The notes below the pieces were generated by a model. That model saw nothing but the letters and a program-made list of their open reading frames with translations. It did no database searches and had not been told where the DNA came from. From a virus, in IMG/VR virus record IMGVR_UViG_3300026116_000004, positions 5,499-69,498 of that record: a DNA stretch of 64,000 nucleotides; one strand, given 5' to 3'. Positions 1 to 9,558 of the stretch are shown here, piece by piece (position 1 is the first letter of the stretch; each line of letters starts with the position of its first letter). Both the position numbers and the translations under genes were made by a program.

Positions 1-447
1 AATGGCGATATAGTGAAACCCAGTTCTAAGAGCAAATTCCCAGAACCTCGCACGATCGTCATTCTTCAGATATGTGTTAATCTCATGAATAACTGAAGAC
101 AGGATCAGACAACACTTATGGTCATCATCCATTGCCTCAATGCATTGCTCTAAGATAAACTCCCAATCGGAAGAGAACACTGCATTAGGTAACTCCATGC
201 CCATAGCATCTTCGATCATATCCGCATTAGCATCAAACCCAAAGAACTTAGCATCAGGGTAGATTTCAGAGAGATAATAGATCATCGAGCCATCAGCACA
301 ACCAAAGTCAAAGAAGACTTTAGCGTCTTTAATCACTTTCGTGAAATAGAGTTTGTCCTTCATCCCCAAGTGCATCTTGTGATTGTAATTCTCCAAGTTC
401 ACTATCGGGACTTCCGTTATCGTTGGCGAAGTCTCTAAGCCAGCCAT
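1..447 (-). CDS. Class I SAM-dependent methyltransferase (runs off the window; not in ORF track)
   Basis: Manual translation from ATG 447 (start could be GTG 402 or ATG 375) gives ...KVFFDFGCADGSMI...FFGFD...LILSSVIHE..., i.e. motif I DxGxxxG, an acidic motif II and an SSVxHE motif; the frame is open to position 1. Confidence 0.8.
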   Translation of the reverse strand, partial: MAGLETSPTITEVPIVNLENYNHKMHLGMKDKLYFTKVIKDAKVFFDFGCADGSMIYYLSEIYPDAKFFGFDANADMIEDAMGMELPNAVFSSDWEFILEQCIEAMDDDHKCCLILSSVIHEINTYLKNDDRARFWEFALRTGFHYIAI

Positions 448-634
448 AGATGTCATCCTGGTTTTCGTAATCGAGTTTGAGTTCTTCGACACTCTCTTTG
501 CATTCTTTGCAGAGCGAGTAATGTTCATTCGTCGGGTCGGGATAGAAACCATCTTCACAGAAATCTCCTGCATTTGTTTCTATCTCTTTGTCATCCACTT
601 TATTGCAAATAACGCATCTAAACTTCTCGGACAT
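329..634 (-). CDS. Small putative zinc-binding protein
   Basis: CVIC...CKEC pairs; AAGGA RBS upstream; 3' end overlaps the methyltransferase. Confidence 0.55.
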   Translation of the reverse strand: MSEKFRCVICNKVDDKEIETNAGDFCEDGFYPDPTNEHYSLCKECKESVEELKLDYENQDDIYGWLRDFANDNGSPDSELGELQSQDALGDEGQTLFHESD

Positions 635-648
635 TCGCCCTGTTCCTT

Positions 649-780
649 ACTATAGAGTTCTTTTACTCATAGAGTACTAACTCTAAGAGTATAACTATTA
701 GGTTATTAAGTAATATTACTCATAGAGTTATAACCCCTATAGTAAGATAATCTTTACTACAGAGTTATAACTCATAGAGT
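649..780. repeat. Array of ACTC-N3-GAGT palindromes in an AT-rich intergenic region
   Basis: ACTCATAGAGT at 665, 718, 770; ACTCTAAGAGT at 680; variants ACTATAGAGT 649 and ACTACAGAGT 756. Confidence 0.85.
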
Positions 781-799
781 ATAAAACCTATAGATATTA

Positions 800-828
800 A
801 TTATATATGATTTATAACTATTTGTCAA
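800..828 (-). promoter_or_regulatory. Consensus sigma70 promoter
   Basis: TTGACA (828-823), 17-nt spacer, TATAAT (805-800). Confidence 0.9.
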
Positions 829-848
829 GTGTAAAATATGGTTGGTAA

Positions 849-1604
849 TCAGTGGATGTCATCGTTGGATAGAAGTGTGTCCCTATGACCCATTAAGTAC
901 TCGTATTTAGCCTCTTCAGATACTGGTTCAGCAGCCATTCTCAAGACTTTATCCATTGCTGCCTTCCTACGTCTGAAAGCAGTTCCAGGCTCTTGGTCAG
1001 CCCCTACAATTGAGCTAGGAGTGATGTAGTCGTAGAAGTCCATTCCACTGATCTTTCTCCTACTTGGGTACTGACAAGAAGGATAAGTACTCATGTCCTT
1101 GTCCTTCCAGTAGTCATCGATAGCGACGTAGATGAACGCCTCTGTCCATGGCATACCCTTGTAGTATAACCCATCTGAAGGGGATTGGTCTTCAACAGAA
1201 ATCTTGACTTTAATTCGTCTAGCCTTCTGACCAAGACAGAACTGACGATCCATCAAATGGATTATCTCAGCATTTACGTAGTAAAGTTCACCACGCATAC
1301 GCTGTCTGATCACCTCTGACGCACCAACAACGAATACTACCGGATGGAGAGCATAATGTCTCTTGAGGATATAATGGGGAGACATCGTGTGTGCCGCTCC
1401 ACAGTACTCAGCCCCATCCAATAATCTATGGTTTGACCCACCATCTTTCTCTGTAGTCAATGCAAGATAAGGGATACGAGTATACCACTTGAGTTCATGA
1501 AAGTCCGGTGTGATATCTCCCCTATCGTACAGAGGACCATAGATAGAACCTTGGTAATCAGGAAGGTTCTCACCCTTCGGTCTAGCACTAACAATAGAAG
1601 CCAT
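849..1604 (-). CDS. Divergent gamma-glutamylcyclotransferase (AIG2/GGACT)-like protein
   Basis: LTTEKDGGSNHRLLDGAEYCGAAHT...RGELYYVNAEIIHLMDRQ aligns by eye with the GGACT pattern YGTLKxGxxNHxLL...GEVY...LDxLE; likely start MASIV at 1604. Confidence 0.6.
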   Translation of the reverse strand: MASIVSARPKGENLPDYQGSIYGPLYDRGDITPDFHELKWYTRIPYLALTTEKDGGSNHRLLDGAEYCGAAHTMSPHYILKRHYALHPVVFVVGASEVIRQRMRGELYYVNAEIIHLMDRQFCLGQKARRIKVKISVEDQSPSDGLYYKGMPWTEAFIYVAIDDYWKDKDMSTYPSCQYPSRRKISGMDFYDYITPSSIVGADQEPGTAFRRRKAAMDKVLRMAAEPVSEEAKYEYLMGHRDTLLSNDDIH

Positions 1605-1605
1605 G

Positions 1606-2685
1606 TCATTCAACCTCTGCAAAGTTGTCAGGTAACTTATCAACAGTGATATTGCCGTTCTTGAAATCTGCAATAAGTTTGCTTGCCTTTGCGAGTTTCG
1701 CCATCATCTTTTCATTCTTTTCACCAATTCTCTTCATAGCGTCTGTAGCATAGAAGAGTAAGCAAGGAAGGTCTTGAGGTTCAGACCTACGAATGAAATC
1801 TTCCCACTCAATATGAGTGACATTCGCGAGTTCCTGCCAACCATTGTCGTTGTAGATATCCCAATCTTCCAACAGATGTAACATCGCCTCAGACAATTGG
1901 AACTTGTTCTTGAATGGCATGGAGATCAGCGGCGATAGCTCTTTCGTAGAAGCTCTCGCGGTGGGAACACGAACGACTGAATTATTCTTCGCACGCGCCT
2001 CTTCCTCTCTTTTCTTCCTTTCCGCATCCAACCTCTCCTTTTCAGGACCACGCTGAACGGTGTTCCAATAATCATCGTTAGACGACTTGAAAGGTTGTCC
2101 TTGATCGAACGTCTTAGTGGACCAAGCTGCAGGAGAGAAGAAGTAAGGTTCCTGATCCGACGAGATAAGAAGACCTCTATTGTTCGACCCCGGCCAGAAC
2201 TTCTCCAAGATGTCTCTGACATACGGGTCTTCAAGATCAGCGATACCCCTTGTGCCCACTAAACGAGTGAGCATAGGTGTTAGCTGAAGTTCAGCATACC
2301 TACGGCTGTCAGATGCCCCCTGTAACGCCTCTGGATCGGTCTGCTGGCCCCTCCAAGCCTGCATGGTACCATTGTGCATGAAATACAACGAACGCTTCTT
2401 GGTGGACAGCACAGGGAACGGCTGGGTATTCGCCTCGTTAATTTCTCCTTCAGTTCTATGACGAAGATGAACAAAACGTTCAACATCCTCGTTATCCTTC
2501 AAAATCTTATAGATTTCTTGAGGATCACAAATCTTATCGTCAGAGTCCGAACAGCCCTTACGAACCTCAAGCTTTCCATTGGCCTTGAGGATAATGCCGT
2601 AACTATGCCAATTGTTGAACACACACGTCTCCAACTTCTCGTAAGGCAGAGTATAACCCGGCTGTTGAATAAAGATATTGCACAT
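1606..2685 (-). CDS. Class II (Ntn) glutamine amidotransferase
   Basis: True start MCNIF (catalytic Cys2) coupled by TAATG at 2685; HLRHRT, NTQPF, MHNG and SDS motifs. Confidence 0.85.
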   Translation of the reverse strand: MCNIFIQQPGYTLPYEKLETCVFNNWHSYGIILKANGKLEVRKGCSDSDDKICDPQEIYKILKDNEDVERFVHLRHRTEGEINEANTQPFPVLSTKKRSLYFMHNGTMQAWRGQQTDPEALQGASDSRRYAELQLTPMLTRLVGTRGIADLEDPYVRDILEKFWPGSNNRGLLISSDQEPYFFSPAAWSTKTFDQGQPFKSSNDDYWNTVQRGPEKERLDAERKKREEEARAKNNSVVRVPTARASTKELSPLISMPFKNKFQLSEAMLHLLEDWDIYNDNGWQELANVTHIEWEDFIRRSEPQDLPCLLFYATDAMKRIGEKNEKMMAKLAKASKLIADFKNGNITVDKLPDNFAEVE

Positions 2686-3071
2686 TACTTCGTTTCTTCC
2701 TTGCGCTCTAAAGACTTTTCCCAATCATCGTACGTTTTATATTCAGCTTTCGTATCTTTTTCCGTCCTAATGAGAGCCTTTGACCAGAGTTCAACAATAT
2801 TGTCTGTTTTCGATGAACGAAAGTAATCAACCTGCTTCCAACCATTGGTCCGGAGGATAGACTTCTCCTTTTCGTTGGTAGAAATGACAGTGCATAAAGC
2901 AAAATCATAACCGAACTTGCGAGCTGTGGTCAGTCTCTGTTCGTGTGCTACTTTACCACACCCTTTACCCCTGTTGTCTTTTGGTGTCCACACGTTGTGA
3001 AACACAGCAATCTGGTCACAGCCAGGTAACGAAGTGATCTCTGACACCACTCCTCCAACATTGTATCTCAT
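2685..3071 (-). CDS. GNAT-family acyltransferase
   Basis: RGKGCG acetyl-CoA loop; CTV...N...IL..NGW motif B. Confidence 0.75.
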   Translation of the reverse strand: MRYNVGGVVSEITSLPGCDQIAVFHNVWTPKDNRGKGCGKVAHEQRLTTARKFGYDFALCTVISTNEKEKSILRTNGWKQVDYFRSSKTDNIVELWSKALIRTEKDTKAEYKTYDDWEKSLERKEETK

Positions 3072-3838
3072 TGTGCTAAAGCCCTAGCATAGTTCTGAAC
3101 GGTAGTACCCGTAAGACCAGGTGCAGTATTAACCTCCAACACAAATGCCTTAACTCCCTTGCGCTTATCGTTATAAACGATGTCAACGGCACCGAAGTCA
3201 AGACCAGAATGTCTAATGGCCTCAATGGCGGCAGCTCTGACTTCATCTGGAGGGCGAATGTTTTCCCTCTGATAGATGAAACCATTTGCAAGGTTTCTGA
3301 TCTTCCAGTTGATGTCGTCACCACTGTCAGCCTTCTGCTTGGAGAGCACTTTACGCTGTTGGTCAATGATCTCGTTACCCACTACGTGAATACGATATTC
3401 TTCCGTCTTCTTTACGTATTCAGTATAAAGTGGAGCACGAACAAACCCATCAGGATGATCACGGTCCATAATAACAATACCGTTACCTGAATGACCATTA
3501 AGAACGGTACGAGCAACCACCACTTTGCCTTCTGCGCACCACCGGATGGCTTCTGCTTGGTCAGTCGTCCAGGGAGGAAGAATTTCATTGTTGCGTTCCG
3601 ACACCTTTCTAAAGAAGTCCAACTTGTTGGAAGCAATTCGGACAACTTCAGGCTTATTAATGATATTGCACTTTGCAACTTCAGGAGAAACTTGAGAAGA
3701 ACCCCAATTGATCACCCTCTTACGTTGTGATCCAACGAAACGAGAGTTTTCATTCTTGATTTTCGTGATACCCATTGCATCCTTGAGTGCAATAGCACCC
3801 TCAGAATGGGCATTCCATGAATAGATATAAGTAGGCAT
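3068..3838 (-). CDS. ATP-grasp peptide ligase (RimK-like, phage type)
   Basis: NKL, GHSGNGI, EYRIHV, DFGAVD and LEVNTAPG motifs. Confidence 0.9.
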   Translation of the reverse strand: MPTYIYSWNAHSEGAIALKDAMGITKIKNENSRFVGSQRKRVINWGSSQVSPEVAKCNIINKPEVVRIASNKLDFFRKVSERNNEILPPWTTDQAEAIRWCAEGKVVVARTVLNGHSGNGIVIMDRDHPDGFVRAPLYTEYVKKTEEYRIHVVGNEIIDQQRKVLSKQKADSGDDINWKIRNLANGFIYQRENIRPPDEVRAAAIEAIRHSGLDFGAVDIVYNDKRKGVKAFVLEVNTAPGLTGTTVQNYARALAQ

Positions 3839-5013
3839 TAGTCATTGTTTCTCCAAGGATCATTTACAACTGGCTGGTTTACCACACCACCAAGAATGTC
3901 ACCGCGTGCTTGACGAACAGGTATAGGACGAGCAGCTGCTCTTAAAGCTAAGTCTCTGATACGCTGCTCTTCCGCTTCCCAAGGGCGAATTGCTGCATCA
4001 CCATCGTCGAACTCAGCCTGAGGAATTTCTACATCGCCACCTTGACGAAGCACGGCGAGTTGTTCAATACCGCGCAGCTCTTCGAAAGGACGATTGTATA
4101 ACTGTCGGGCAATTGTGTCCAAGTCGGAAGACTTTACCTTCTTTGGTTTTTGGACAGCATCCAACTTGTCCCAACCCTTTGAGTCAGGAACTGATAACGC
4201 AATGTTAGCCGCATACCAGAAGTTATTCTCGATAAGTTTCGCTTCATCGTCAAACTTTAAGTTCTTTCTATACTTGCCAAAGATGTCCGTGAGTAGCTCT
4301 ACACCCTTGTCTTTGTAATTGTTGATGATATCCCCTGGATACATCTTGTCCTGACGAGAGAACTTGACAATCTCATGGAGAATACCAACCCAATCTTCAA
4401 TTTCCTTGATATCAGTCGTTCCTCTGAACGATCTTACTTCAAGAGAACCAAAGTTAGACAACGAATGAAGGTTCAACGCAGCATACTTAGTCAACTCACG
4501 GTCAAAGAGCATGTGTTGATAGTTCGGTTGTGATTTACCTTTCACTGTCGAAAGGTTCTTCAACATGTTAACAATGTTCTTGTAAGTCTCTTCTGCGTCA
4601 CACATAGGAAGACAAAACATGTTACCATTGCGTCCCTCACCTGAATACTTGATGAGTAGATTTTCAACGAGAGCGTATGTCGTTAAGAAGTTACCAAACG
4701 AAGGGAAACTCTCATTGAGCATGTTCACATGGACATGAACACTCGTTGTAATCGAATTTTTCTTGAAGTTAGCGTGAACTAACTTAGACTTGAACTCCTC
4801 AAGTGCCTGAGGGATCACATCGAAGTCCAGTGGTTGACGGAGTACGTACTCACGACCAAACCCACGGAGAGAACCATCTGCGTGAATATCCCAAAAGGCG
4901 AACTCGGGGATACGATACTCTGCATCGCTCTCCGTTTCGATCTCAAGACCGAACAAACCCTTATGTTTAGTAAAGGTTCGCCCAGTCTTTTCTAAAGCAT
5001 CACAAATCGACAT
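3838..5013 (-). CDS. Putative amidoligase (COOH-NH2 ligase, glutamine-synthetase-like fold)
   Basis: GLEIE, HADGSL, E, SVHVHVN, KYAALN and SLEVR motifs. Confidence 0.85.
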   Translation of the reverse strand: MSICDALEKTGRTFTKHKGLFGLEIETESDAEYRIPEFAFWDIHADGSLRGFGREYVLRQPLDFDVIPQALEEFKSKLVHANFKKNSITTSVHVHVNMLNESFPSFGNFLTTYALVENLLIKYSGEGRNGNMFCLPMCDAEETYKNIVNMLKNLSTVKGKSQPNYQHMLFDRELTKYAALNLHSLSNFGSLEVRSFRGTTDIKEIEDWVGILHEIVKFSRQDKMYPGDIINNYKDKGVELLTDIFGKYRKNLKFDDEAKLIENNFWYAANIALSVPDSKGWDKLDAVQKPKKVKSSDLDTIARQLYNRPFEELRGIEQLAVLRQGGDVEIPQAEFDDGDAAIRPWEAEEQRIRDLALRAAARPIPVRQARGDILGGVVNQPVVNDPWRNND

Positions 5014-5014
5014 T

Positions 5015-5692
5015 TCACTGAATATCCCAGGCTAATTCATGGGAAAGATAACGAGACACAATCCAACCCATGGCGTTGTTAGGAACTCTTACGAGCATTT
5101 CGTCAGGTGCGATCCACCCAACCCAACTGTCCTTGAAATACACATTGATGTTACCCATTGCATTAATGGACAAAGCAATGTTTCTAGAGACAGCCTTTTG
5201 ACAAATGATGTCTGCCTCTTTGAGGTTTACTACAGAAGTCTTGGAGTAAATACCCCTTAACTCCTTGATGGCGGAGTCGAGTGAAGGGTAGATTCCTTCA
5301 ACCATGTCTGCAAACTCTTTGGTGAAGAAGATGTTATCGACGTACTTCGCCCTACCCCCTCCATTACCCGTTGCAGACGAAATCCTGAGCGACCTTCCTT
5401 CGACACCTTGCTTTGTTCTCCTTGCAGGAATACGAGAGACGTAGACGACTTCTTTGCTATCCTTCTGGTTCATATAACCCAGAGGAAGGCTTGAAATGTC
5501 AAACTCTTCATCAGTTGACTTAATACGGAATTTGGCCTCCGCATTGGAACCCGCTCTGCAATCGTACAGATCGAGTTGTCCTTGCCTGTCCCTTACTCGA
5601 ACGTAAACTGGCGCACCCTTGTAACGACAAATAGTGCCATCGAGTTTCTGAGTAAGATCAACATCAGGAATTGTGCAGCGCATTGGCTTCAA
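5015..5692 (-). CDS. Hypothetical protein within the ligase cluster
   Basis: 225-aa ORF tightly packed between the two ligases; contains LPLGYMN...SRIPAR. Confidence 0.7.
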   Translation of the reverse strand: MKPMRCTIPDVDLTQKLDGTICRYKGAPVYVRVRDRQGQLDLYDCRAGSNAEAKFRIKSTDEEFDISSLPLGYMNQKDSKEVVYVSRIPARRTKQGVEGRSLRISSATGNGGGRAKYVDNIFFTKEFADMVEGIYPSLDSAIKELRGIYSKTSVVNLKEADIICQKAVSRNIALSINAMGNINVYFKDSWVGWIAPDEMLVRVPNNAMGWIVSRYLSHELAWDIQ

Positions 5693-6377
5693 TATCCTCC
5701 ATTCTCGAAATGATTGAACGATACATCATTCTACGGTCGTCTTCCTTTTCCACCCAGCGGGAGGAAGGGCTTCTAAGCTCAACTCCGTAGGTCTTAGGGC
5801 GAAACGAACTTTCTCCTCCGTAGTACCTGATGCGCTCGAACTCTTCAGGTGTAACCGGCTTGAAGTACGTCGCATTACGGAAGGACTTAGCGATATGTCT
5901 GCAGTCTTCAAAATGTGAAGGGTCAAAGGGATCGGCTCCTTCAGTCCACCCAAGATGCACGTGTCCCGCTGTCGTTCTGAATGGACGATGTTCGAGGTCT
6001 CCCGGAGGTGCTTTCTGCATTCCGGTTTCAGCAGAGTAGTCAGGATCGCAGCCAAGGATTTTGCTTTCTACTGGTAAGATGCTGAAGTACAGCGGATCGA
6101 ACCTAGCGATAGGAATGAAACGGAGCTTAAGGTCTCGATCAACCTTGTGAACCATTTCAGTCATCTGGTTAAGAACAGTAACAATGTTGTTATTGAACTC
6201 TTCTTCAGAATTAGCCGGCTCAATATTAAACTCAAGGGCCATACCGTCCACTTGGACAGCGCCCTTATCAACCTTGTGGGGTTCTTTCTTCGTCCCAGGG
6301 AACAAACCGTGGGCACTAATGAACTGTGCTCCATCATGAAGAAAAACTTCTGGGTCACAGCCGATAGTAACTTTCAT
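5664..6377 (-). CDS. phiEco32-like COOH-NH2 ligase type 2
   Basis: IGCDPE, DGMALE, GCDPD, RTTAGHVH and FRPKTYGVELR motifs. Confidence 0.9.
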   Translation of the reverse strand: MKVTIGCDPEVFLHDGAQFISAHGLFPGTKKEPHKVDKGAVQVDGMALEFNIEPANSEEEFNNNIVTVLNQMTEMVHKVDRDLKLRFIPIARFDPLYFSILPVESKILGCDPDYSAETGMQKAPPGDLEHRPFRTTAGHVHLGWTEGADPFDPSHFEDCRHIAKSFRNATYFKPVTPEEFERIRYYGGESSFRPKTYGVELRSPSSRWVEKEDDRRMMYRSIISRMEDIEANALHNS

Positions 6378-6378
6378 G

Positions 6379-7431
6379 CTAGTTCAAAGCCTTTCTACTG
6401 GTTAAATCGATCTCTAATTGCTTTTCTTTTTGATACTGTAACTCGTAACACTCTGCACAAGTATACACGTTCACAGGTTCTTCGTGACCCTTGTATTGGT
6501 CGTAAAGGTCCATTTCTTTCCTACAATTCCTGCAAATCTCAGGAAGAATTTCTCTACCTTTTGGAGTATTCTGCGTCAAGCGCAGAGGGGTCTCATTACT
6601 GTTTGACGGATAAGTACCCAAACGAGATTTGTTCCCTATAGGAATAACCTTCGCTCCTGCCGCTGGACCCCATACTGTTCTAGCCTCTAAGTTTGCTTGA
6701 AACCCGTAGAGAGGTTGCTTGTCCCAGTCAGGTTCTCTATTAGTTTCAATATCGTCTGGACCAAAACGATACACATAGTCAGGTTCGAACGCAGTGATCT
6801 CCTTGAGCTTCACACCATGCCGGGAAGCAGCGAACTGGATCATACGAGCTTCGCTAGCCCAGTAAAACACCTTGCGTTCTTTGTTGATTGCGTAAAACAG
6901 TGGTCTAGAAATTTCTCTCGTAAACACAAACTCAAAGTGTTTCTTTTCAAACGCAACTATCGCGTATGCACTCTTAGAAGAGAGACCACGGAGTACATTT
7001 TCAATACCACGCTTGTCCATGTCTTCGAACATCATTTCTGAGTCCGTTTTCGTGGAGTCTTTGTATTGATCATCTTTTAGAGTACCATTGTGCATGCCAA
7101 TGATATTGGTCTTTTCGAAAGGATGTGCGTTCTCTGCGTTCACAGCACCCATCGTTGCTGCTCTCACGTGAAGCGCCATGAACGTATCGTGTGTATCGTT
7201 CAGGATTTTGTTGTCAGCTTCCTTTGATGAAGTCTGATTGAACCAAAGAAAATAACCAACTTCGTGTTCATTCTTGAGGATGCGATACCGGCGCTTCTTT
7301 CCACTATGGTAACCTTGGAGAACGCCAGTGCCGTCAATCCCCCTTAGGCCCAGAACATAAGCGAGATCGCGCATCATACTTATATCTGATACGTTGATCC
7401 CTGGACCCATCATTCCTGCATGACCACACAT
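6379..7431 (-). CDS. Class II (Ntn) glutamine amidotransferase with C-terminal Cys cluster
   Basis: MCG start; RGIDGTG, HVRAAT, NAHPF, HNGTL, TDSE; CxxC...CxxC tail. Confidence 0.9.
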   Translation of the reverse strand: MCGHAGMMGPGINVSDISMMRDLAYVLGLRGIDGTGVLQGYHSGKKRRYRILKNEHEVGYFLWFNQTSSKEADNKILNDTHDTFMALHVRAATMGAVNAENAHPFEKTNIIGMHNGTLKDDQYKDSTKTDSEMMFEDMDKRGIENVLRGLSSKSAYAIVAFEKKHFEFVFTREISRPLFYAINKERKVFYWASEARMIQFAASRHGVKLKEITAFEPDYVYRFGPDDIETNREPDWDKQPLYGFQANLEARTVWGPAAGAKVIPIGNKSRLGTYPSNSNETPLRLTQNTPKGREILPEICRNCRKEMDLYDQYKGHEEPVNVYTCAECYELQYQKEKQLEIDLTSRKALN

Positions 7432-7441
7432 TCTATGCCTT

Positions 7442-8080
7442 TCAGTTGAACATTAGGTAGTCGATTAAGTTGAAGAAATAAGCTTGATTGCCACTGTTTT
7501 TGTTTTCAGACAACCAGTACTCAGGGTGAGGTTGATAACACAAAGACATCGTTTCCTTGTACCATACAACCTCCGTGTCGTACTTTGGTCTCTTTCTGCT
7601 CGCCTTTTTGCTCTCAAACTGTGTTGCACAATGGGCGACTGCGATAACAGTTCCTTCTTTCGAAGGGATCATCATCTGATGGTGTGTACTTGTGACAAAA
7701 ACAGTCTTCTTTGACAAAAGAAGGTCAAGCATCTGGTGACCACCAGTTAACCCATGGTTGTTAACGTGTTGCCACATAGAACCACCAGACATCACGTTGA
7801 GAAACTGTCCACCTCGACAAATACCCACCTTTGGGAGGGATCGGTATTTCTCAAAGATTTCCATTTCTTTGATGTCACGTTTCCAATTGTTGTGGGTTTT
7901 CTCATGGGGTTCCTCCTGGTAGAGTTCAGGACTTACATCCTCTCCACCAGTAAAACAAATAAGGTCAGCTTTTGTATCCTTATCGTTCTCATCAACCAAC
8001 TCCCACCCACGATTGAGAAACATCTTCTGAGTGGCTTGGGTTGGTAGGATGATTTTTACTTTTCTCTTAGTAGTTGACAT
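7442..8080 (-). CDS. Class I glutamine amidotransferase / peptidase C26 (PuuD-like gamma-glutamyl hydrolase)
   Basis: TGGEDV, GICRGGQ, STHHQ and QPHPE (Cys-His-Glu triad). Confidence 0.9.
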   Translation of the reverse strand: MSTTKRKVKIILPTQATQKMFLNRGWELVDENDKDTKADLICFTGGEDVSPELYQEEPHEKTHNNWKRDIKEMEIFEKYRSLPKVGICRGGQFLNVMSGGSMWQHVNNHGLTGGHQMLDLLLSKKTVFVTSTHHQMMIPSKEGTVIAVAHCATQFESKKASRKRPKYDTEVVWYKETMSLCYQPHPEYWLSENKNSGNQAYFFNLIDYLMFN

Positions 8081-8922
8081 ATTTCTTCCGCGCCGTTCAT
8101 TAAATCTTCAAGGGTTAACTCGTAGTATTGAGACCAATTTGAGTGTTTGAGCCTGCCCATCTTGCCAATAGCTTCCGCAATCTTATCGTATTGAGGAGGC
8201 TCCCAATAGATTTTATCCTCAAGGCAAAACACAGACATAGAGAAACTTGCGTCCATACGCATTTTGCCTTCATTGAAACCTTCAACATCGAACTTCTGTT
8301 GAGAAACAATCCAATGGTTGAAGTTACCGACATTACCTTTTCGGATATTTCCTGCCACATCCATACTAAATCTGGATACAATAAAAAGGGCATCACCAGG
8401 AGTAAGACCCTTTTCCATCAGTACCTTCCATAGTCTCATATGGGCAGGGAACTCACTGCAAGCCCTCATCGCAATCATCAAACACTTTGTGATGCTCTTG
8501 TTGTACTTTTCGATGAAGTCACTCGTTATCAAGAAGCCTGTTTGTTCTCCCTTGGCATTCTTAAAGAATTCAAATCCTTCTTCTGGTAAAATACTCTTGA
8601 AGGGACTCAAATCCTTATCCATCAAAAAGTCACACCAAGGCTGTGCGAATTCCTTATTTGACTCTTTGATTGGGCAGCAAGAACCGATAGCCATTGGCTT
8701 TCTATAGTTATCAGTCCAATGAGTAAAAACTGGAGCACTACATGGAGCAGCAGTTGACGATCCAATCCTTCCAGTATAACTACCGACAGATATCTGCATA
8801 CTTGTAGGATACTCAAAAAAGTATGTAGTTCTATCCTGATCAGCTGGCATTAAAACAATTTGGGAATAAAAATTTCTAGCTCTTTGGTAAGCTAGTTCTA
8901 ATTCTTCAGTCGTTGGTCTCAT
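8056..8922 (-). CDS. Hypothetical protein
   Basis: 288-aa ORF overlapping both neighbours in the operon. Confidence 0.7.
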   Translation of the reverse strand: MRPTTEELELAYQRARNFYSQIVLMPADQDRTTYFFEYPTSMQISVGSYTGRIGSSTAAPCSAPVFTHWTDNYRKPMAIGSCCPIKESNKEFAQPWCDFLMDKDLSPFKSILPEEGFEFFKNAKGEQTGFLITSDFIEKYNKSITKCLMIAMRACSEFPAHMRLWKVLMEKGLTPGDALFIVSRFSMDVAGNIRKGNVGNFNHWIVSQQKFDVEGFNEGKMRMDASFSMSVFCLEDKIYWEPPQYDKIAEAIGKMGRLKHSNWSQYYELTLEDLMNGAEEICQLLREK

Positions 8923-9538
8923 CGTGAGTGTCTAAAGCTCTTTTAACAATACGATAATTAATTGCTTTTGCTATCTCAGCATCGTTATGCCAGTAAGGAT
9001 CGTGATTAGGAAGATCAAAATTGAACTCTTCTTTAACCCACTCACGAAGCTTGGTACGTCCCTTTCGACGACCGTCCCCAAGGGTAAGAAAGCTCCTTAC
9101 AGACTCAACTGTAACCCTCTTAAGGCCAGCTTCTTCGAGTACTTTAAGTCGCTTAAGTCTCTCCTCTTCCTTGGCCTTCGCAGCAGCCTTACGAGCTTCC
9201 ATTTGCTTACGGACTTGTTCTGCCCTCTTTTCTCTATAAGGAGCAAGACCAACGTTCAGATCATGGTCAGAAGCCGCATAACAACTAAGTGGTTCATCAC
9301 CATACTTTTCGTCATGTGTAGTAGGTGTTTTCTTGAAGCCAATAGCCTCAAGATATTCTGCTTCCTTATCTTGTTCATCGTTTAAAAGCACTACATTTAT
9401 ACGTGAATAACCGTGGTCAATAATTGCGTAAGCAAAGTCTTCAACGCTTTTGTAGCGAGGATAGCCGTGTGCATAGCCAACGTTATAAAAATTAGCAGAT
9501 GCACAACAACCAGCAATAGAACCTCTAGATAATGCCAT
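8906..9538 (-). CDS. Hypothetical protein, degenerate GNAT-like N-terminal domain
   Basis: AGCC...FYNV; VVLLNDEQ...YLEAIGFKK; AAGGA RBS. Confidence 0.6.
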   Translation of the reverse strand: MALSRGSIAGCCASANFYNVGYAHGYPRYKSVEDFAYAIIDHGYSRINVVLLNDEQDKEAEYLEAIGFKKTPTTHDEKYGDEPLSCYAASDHDLNVGLAPYREKRAEQVRKQMEARKAAAKAKEEERLKRLKVLEEAGLKRVTVESVRSFLTLGDGRRKGRTKLREWVKEEFNFDLPNHDPYWHNDAEIAKAINYRIVKRALDTHDETND

Positions 9539-9558
9539 TTTTCCTTTAAATCCTTTAG

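Noticed and set aside
649-780. Possible CRISPR array
   Set aside because: Repeats are only 11 bp, irregularly spaced, with low-complexity spacers; the Cas4-like gene is an ordinary phage exonuclease
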